From Fibrobacteria bacterium (GTDB taxonomy: Bacteria > Fibrobacterota > Fibrobacteria > UBA11236): a stretch of 64,000 nucleotides of DNA. The stretch spans positions 1 through 64,000 of the forward strand of contig JAYTSD010000014.1 in assembly GCA_043745805.1 (NCBI GenBank), given 5' to 3'. The notes under the pieces were generated by a model that was not told the origin of the DNA, ran no database searches, and saw only the letters and a program-made list of their open reading frames with translations. Shown piece after piece: positions 59,529-64,000 of the stretch. The translations under genes and the position numbers were made by a program. Numbering within the stretch: the first letter of the stretch is position 1; every line of letters begins with the position of its first letter.

Positions 59529-61157
59529 ATGAATACAAAAATTGGTTCAAAGATTAAAATATTAGCTTTTTTGCTAGCTGCTGCAACCACTCAGCAATCG
59601 GCATGGGCAGTATTTAAATATACTGGATGCGATGACTTAACCGATTCAGTATTTCAAAATGTAAACCTTGTCACGCAATCTAATAGTGGCATAAATGAGC
59701 CGATAAAAATGGCCTTAGATGCAGATGCTGCTGGCAATGTCGATATATACTGGGTGGAAAGACATGGTGGAGTGAAACGCTATAATGGAGCTGCAAAAAC
59801 GGTTGATTCCTTGGCTACAATTTTCGTTGCTGATGAGTTTGAATCTGGACTTACAGGTATAGCTCTTGATCCTAATTTTAAAAACAATCACTGGATTTAT
59901 CTTTATTATACATACGGCGGCGCTAGTGGAGCAAAAAAACCTGGGTCAACGGGTTATTGGTTTCGACTTTCTCGCTTTACTTTAGGAGCAAACAATAAGC
60001 TAAATACTTCATCGGAAATAGTGTTATTAAGCATTCCAGCCTATTATCGTGAAAGTCATACCGGTGGGGCCATGCGTTTTGATGAGAGTGGTAACCTATA
60101 TATTACTACGGGTGAAAATGGTGCGAGCGTTGAGGGCACCGCTAATACCAATGATTTACGTGGAAAAGTTTTGCGAATTAAACCGAAAGCAATTCCCGAA
60201 GGCACGGCATTGACCAGTTCGGGGCTGGGGGTTACCTATGATATCCCAACTGGAAACCTCTATCCTGAAGGGACAGCAAAAACACGTCCTGAAGTTTATG
60301 TAATGGGAGCTCGGAATCCTTACTCCATTAGCTTAGACCCCATCCGCAAAGCTGTGATGTGGGGGGATGTAGGTCCCGATGGTACCGGCGTGACTGAAGA
60401 ACATAATATCACTTCTGTTCCGGGTTATTTCGGTTATCCCTATTTTGCGGGAGTAAATAAAAATATTAGTGGAACACAAACCGCAGCAACGCCAATAGTA
60501 GATACCAATGTGAATTTAGGATTACCTAAACATACCGGTTTGCGCGAACTGAAACCCGCCATTCCAGCGGTAAATGCTTACAATCAAGCCGCAGCCATCA
60601 CGGGTCCATTATATCGCTATCATGGCCAATTAAAATCCACGATGAAAATGCCCCCTCATTTCGAGGGTATTTGGTTTGTTTCCGATTTTAGTGATTCATG
60701 GGTAGAAGCGTTAACCCTTGATGCTGCTGGCCTCAATGTTGTGGCAAGAGAAAAAGTTTTTACTAAACTGCATTTTTATAAACCTATTGATATTCAAACT
60801 GGCCCTGATGGAGCAATGTATTTTATCAATTATGGGGGATACTTTAGTGCAAATGCGAATACGTCCATCTCACGCGTGGAATACAAGGGCAAATGTTTAC
60901 CTGCTTTAGCAGAAGGCATTTCACAATCGACGAATTTGCAACATGAATTTATGCATATAAATGGTTTAAATGTTACCGTAACGGGTTCAGGCTCCCATCA
61001 GATAGTAGTGATGAATCTTCAAGGTCAAACCTTAAAAGAATTTAAAGGAAAAGGAGCTGCTAATTACAACTTAGCCACCCTTGCTAAAAGCGGCATTTAC
61101 TTTATAAAAATTATTTCGGAACATGGATCGTTCACCGAAAAAATATTTAAACCCTAA
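59529..61157 (+). CDS. Secreted PQQ-dependent sugar dehydrogenase (GSDH family) with T9SS-like CTD, copy 1
   Basis: GGAGG SD, signal peptide, GLTGIALDP.F, HTGG, NTNDLRGK.LRI, GARNP, GDVGPD, GPDGA.Y; CTD NLQGQ...GIYFIK. Confidence 0.85.
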   Translation: MNTKIGSKIKILAFLLAAATTQQSAWAVFKYTGCDDLTDSVFQNVNLVTQSNSGINEPIKMALDADAAGNVDIYWVERHGGVKRYNGAAKTVDSLATIFVADEFESGLTGIALDPNFKNNHWIYLYYTYGGASGAKKPGSTGYWFRLSRFTLGANNKLNTSSEIVLLSIPAYYRESHTGGAMRFDESGNLYITTGENGASVEGTANTNDLRGKVLRIKPKAIPEGTALTSSGLGVTYDIPTGNLYPEGTAKTRPEVYVMGARNPYSISLDPIRKAVMWGDVGPDGTGVTEEHNITSVPGYFGYPYFAGVNKNISGTQTAATPIVDTNVNLGLPKHTGLRELKPAIPAVNAYNQAAAITGPLYRYHGQLKSTMKMPPHFEGIWFVSDFSDSWVEALTLDAAGLNVVAREKVFTKLHFYKPIDIQTGPDGAMYFINYGGYFSANANTSISRVEYKGKCLPALAEGISQSTNLQHEFMHINGLNVTVTGSGSHQIVVMNLQGQTLKEFKGKGAANYNLATLAKSGIYFIKIISEHGSFTEKIFKP

Positions 61158-61201
61158 ACAGCTAAATCTTTACTTCACCCTCAATATCGAGTAACCTAAA
61201 C

Positions 61202-62785
61202 ATGAAAAAAAAATTAAACCCCTTAATAAAGAAACTAGCCTTCTGCGCTTTGGCCATAGCTAGTCATGAAACTCCATGGGCCGCTTTTACTTATGGTACT
61301 TGTAGTCCCATAGCCGAAAGTGATTTTACCGCTGTAAAATTGGTCCCAGCTAGTACAGGTATTAAAGAACCCATTAAAATGGCAACTCATGCAGATGCCG
61401 CAGGTAATGTGGATGTTTACTGGGCAGAAAGAGGCGGGGATGTAAAAAAATATTCTGGCGGTGCCAAAACAGTCAAAACCATGGGTACGGTATTAACCGA
61501 ATTGGAATATGAATCAGGGCTTACAGGTATTGCTCTTGATCCAAAATTTGATACCAATCATTGGATGTATCTCTATTACACTACCGGCGGCGCGGATCCG
61601 AAAGATTTTTTTCGAATCAGTCGATTTACTGTGGGATCAAACGATATGCTCGATATGGCTTCTGAAAAAATTGTTTTAACTTTTCAGGCTAAGCATGGCG
61701 GAATGCATTCCGGCGGTGCAATGCGCTTTGATGGAAATAATGATTTGTGGATTACGGTTGGTGAAAATCAAGCCGGTGAAAATGGTACAGCAAATACCAA
61801 TGATTTACGCGGAAAAATTCTTCGCATACATCCAACCGATGACGGTAAATACACAATTCCTGCCGGTAATCTTTTTGCTGAAGGCACTGCAAAAACCCGT
61901 CCGGAAATTTATGTAATGGGTGGACGCAACCCCTATACATTGGCACTCGATCCCGTGCGGAAAGCAGTAGTATGGGGCGATGTCGGTCCTGACCAAGGAC
62001 TAATTACCGAAGAATTTAACTTCACCAAAGTTCCTGGCAATTTTGGATACCCCTATTTTGCTGGCGCAAATGAAATTTTACCTGGATTTACCGGAAAATC
62101 GCCTGCCGCACCAACAAATAATGCTACGGGAAATACTGGCTTAGTTAGTTTGCCTGCTGCCATCCCTGCCATATATGCCTATAAACAATCCTCAGCCGCA
62201 ACAGGACCGATTTATTATTATCAAAACAGTATAAATACAAAAATCAAATTTCCGCCTCATTTCGACGGAACATGGTTTGTTTCGAATATGCGTCCTAATT
62301 GGTTTGAGGGGGTAACATTAAATGCTGCCGGCACCGTAAAAGAAACTACGGAAAGATTATTTCCTAGTATGTTTGGTCCCATTATTGGTGAAGCACTTGA
62401 TTTTGAATTTGGACCCGATGGAGCATTATACGTACTTTCTTACGGTGAAAGCTGGCGTGCAGCAGATTCTAAAACGGGTATAGTACGCATTGAATACAAG
62501 GGAAGCTGTTTACCCACCGACTTTGTCAGTAAAATTGGAACCGTATCGATTAACAAAACACAATTGGATCAAAATACTTTTAAAATGGAAAATCAAAGTT
62601 TTTCCATTTTAAGTGAAGGTCCGCATATCTTAGAAATACATGATATAGCAGGAAGGTTGGTCTTCGCTAAAACCGGAATAGGTCCTGCCCGCTATTCCAT
62701 GCTAGAAATTCCCAAAAATGGAATTTATCTACTTCGTTTACAAAATGCAGCCGGAGTATTTTCCAAGAAATTAATTCGTGAATAA
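61202..62785 (+). CDS. Secreted PQQ-dependent sugar dehydrogenase (GSDH family) with T9SS-like CTD, copy 2
   Basis: Same motifs (HSGG, GGRNP); CTD DIAGRLV...GIYLLRL...SKKLI. Confidence 0.85.
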   Translation: MKKKLNPLIKKLAFCALAIASHETPWAAFTYGTCSPIAESDFTAVKLVPASTGIKEPIKMATHADAAGNVDVYWAERGGDVKKYSGGAKTVKTMGTVLTELEYESGLTGIALDPKFDTNHWMYLYYTTGGADPKDFFRISRFTVGSNDMLDMASEKIVLTFQAKHGGMHSGGAMRFDGNNDLWITVGENQAGENGTANTNDLRGKILRIHPTDDGKYTIPAGNLFAEGTAKTRPEIYVMGGRNPYTLALDPVRKAVVWGDVGPDQGLITEEFNFTKVPGNFGYPYFAGANEILPGFTGKSPAAPTNNATGNTGLVSLPAAIPAIYAYKQSSAATGPIYYYQNSINTKIKFPPHFDGTWFVSNMRPNWFEGVTLNAAGTVKETTERLFPSMFGPIIGEALDFEFGPDGALYVLSYGESWRAADSKTGIVRIEYKGSCLPTDFVSKIGTVSINKTQLDQNTFKMENQSFSILSEGPHILEIHDIAGRLVFAKTGIGPARYSMLEIPKNGIYLLRLQNAAGVFSKKLIRE

Positions 62786-62951
62786 TTCCTTGCTATTGTG
62801 ACTGCTTGCAGTACAAAAGCAAAAAAACCATTATTTTATTGTTCCCAGCGGAAAATTAGTTTTCCGCTTATATTCCCCATATCACTTGTATTTGCGAATG
62901 GCTTGAGTTTTCTCAACTTTTCGTTTTATGGCAGAAAATTATGGGGGACAA

Positions 62952-64000
62952 ATGATACTTACAAAAAAAGCCAATTTAAAAGCCATGGGGCTACTAACCC
63001 TAGCGATAGCATCTCAATATGCAGCTTGGGCCGCGTTTACCGTTCCAAGTTGCCCAACCGTGACCGATGCCGAATTCACTGCTGTAACCCTAGTTAATGG
63101 CGATAGTATTAATGAACCCATAAAAATGGCAACGCATGCTGATGGCGCAGGTAACGTAGATATTTACTGGGTGCAACGTCATGGAGATATAAAAAAATAT
63201 ACGGGCGCTACCAAAAAATTCGCCACTATCGGTCATATCGACGGCCCATCAGAGTTTGAAGACGGAGTAACCGGTATCGCCTTAGATCCTTCTTTCGATA
63301 CCAACCACAATATTTTTCTCTATTATGCTTTTGGAGATGTTACGAAATTTTCATTTCGTATTTCACGATTCACTCTAGGTAATGGGGATGCCCTCATAAT
63401 GTCTTCGGAAAAAATCATTTTGGAAAACCCAGCAAAATACCATACCTTACATACCGGTGGCGCAATGCGCTTTGACCGATTTGGAGATTTATGGATAACC
63501 ACCGGCGAAAATAATTCAGGGGAAAAAAGTACCTCCAATACCAACGATTTAAGAGGAAAAATTTTGCGTATCCATCCCACTTCTGATGGAAAATACACTA
63601 TTCCCGCAGGAAATTTATATCCCGAAGGCACCGCTAATACGCGCCCAGAAATTTATGTAATGGGTGCTCGAAACCCCTACTCCATTGCTCTCGATCCCGT
63701 TCGTAATGCAATAGCATGGGGCGATGTAGGTCCCGATGAAGGCGGTATAACTGAGGAGTTTAACTATACCAAAATACCCGGTTTTTTTGGTTACCCTTAC
63801 TTTGCGGGAAACAATCTTTCACGTCCTGATTATCCCGGACAAAATGCTAGCACCCCAATTTGGAAAAATACCATCGCCGCAAATGAGCCCTACAAACCGG
63901 GCTTGCCAAATCTGAAACCAGTTATCCCTGCTATCTATCCTTATCAAAAATCCGCAGCGATTACCGGACCCATCTATTACTATAACCCTAGCCTCAAATC
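62952..64000 (+). CDS. Secreted PQQ-dependent sugar dehydrogenase, copy 3 (runs off the window; absent from the ORF track)
   Basis: Hand translation from ATG 62952: MILTKKANLKAMGLLTLAIASQYAAWAAF...EPIKMATHADGAGNVDIYWV...HTGGAMRFD...NTNDLRGKILRIHP...GARNPY. Confidence 0.85.
   Translation, partial: MILTKKANLKAMGLLTLAIASQYAAWAAFTVPSCPTVTDAEFTAVTLVNGDSINEPIKMATHADGAGNVDIYWVQRHGDIKKYTGATKKFATIGHIDGPSEFEDGVTGIALDPSFDTNHNIFLYYAFGDVTKFSFRISRFTLGNGDALIMSSEKIILENPAKYHTLHTGGAMRFDRFGDLWITTGENNSGEKSTSNTNDLRGKILRIHPTSDGKYTIPAGNLYPEGTANTRPEIYVMGARNPYSIALDPVRNAIAWGDVGPDEGGITEEFNYTKIPGFFGYPYFAGNNLSRPDYPGQNASTPIWKNTIAANEPYKPGLPNLKPVIPAIYPYQKSAAITGPIYYYNPSLK

Noticed and set aside
1-64000. CRISPR array or rRNA
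   Set aside because: No regularly spaced repeats or rRNA-like sequence; intergenic gaps are short

Overview
AT-rich (roughly 40% GC by eye) chromosome segment of a diderm bacterium. The T9SS-like C-terminal domains, futalosine-pathway mqnE and the prfB-lysS-lolCD-mcsAB-clpC-bamA-skp-lpx gene order suggest the FCB group, probably Fibrobacterota (inference). Most of the window is housekeeping: ung, ubiD, ppdK, the lipid A/outer-membrane cluster, clpC, lysS, frameshifted prfB, hisFH, bioB, cysteine desulfurase, metX-metW fusion, mutM, glnK-amtB, tRNA-Ala(GGC), mqnE, ybeY, a PAS kinase/sigma54 regulator pair, hemG, nrdJ, an Rrf2-linked sulfate-uptake locus and three tandem secreted PQQ-type sugar dehydrogenases. 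Most notable: (1) a 462-bp transposase-less unit in which a GxxExxY gene is bracketed by 24-bp inverted repeats, one supplying the neighbour's stop codon; (2) an McsB lacking its kinase motifs, with a truncated McsA, upstream of an intact ClpC; (3) a 1.7-kb islet bounded by a 95-bp duplicate of a host gene 3' end and holding a DUF1016 gene plus gene remnants; (4) a lipoprotein resembling fungal TOS1/PGA52 glucanase-like proteins with an altered catalytic motif; (5) candidate regulatory DNA/RNA elements. No CRISPR array, rRNA, integrase or reverse transcriptase was seen. All family calls come from motif recognition by eye; no searches were run.
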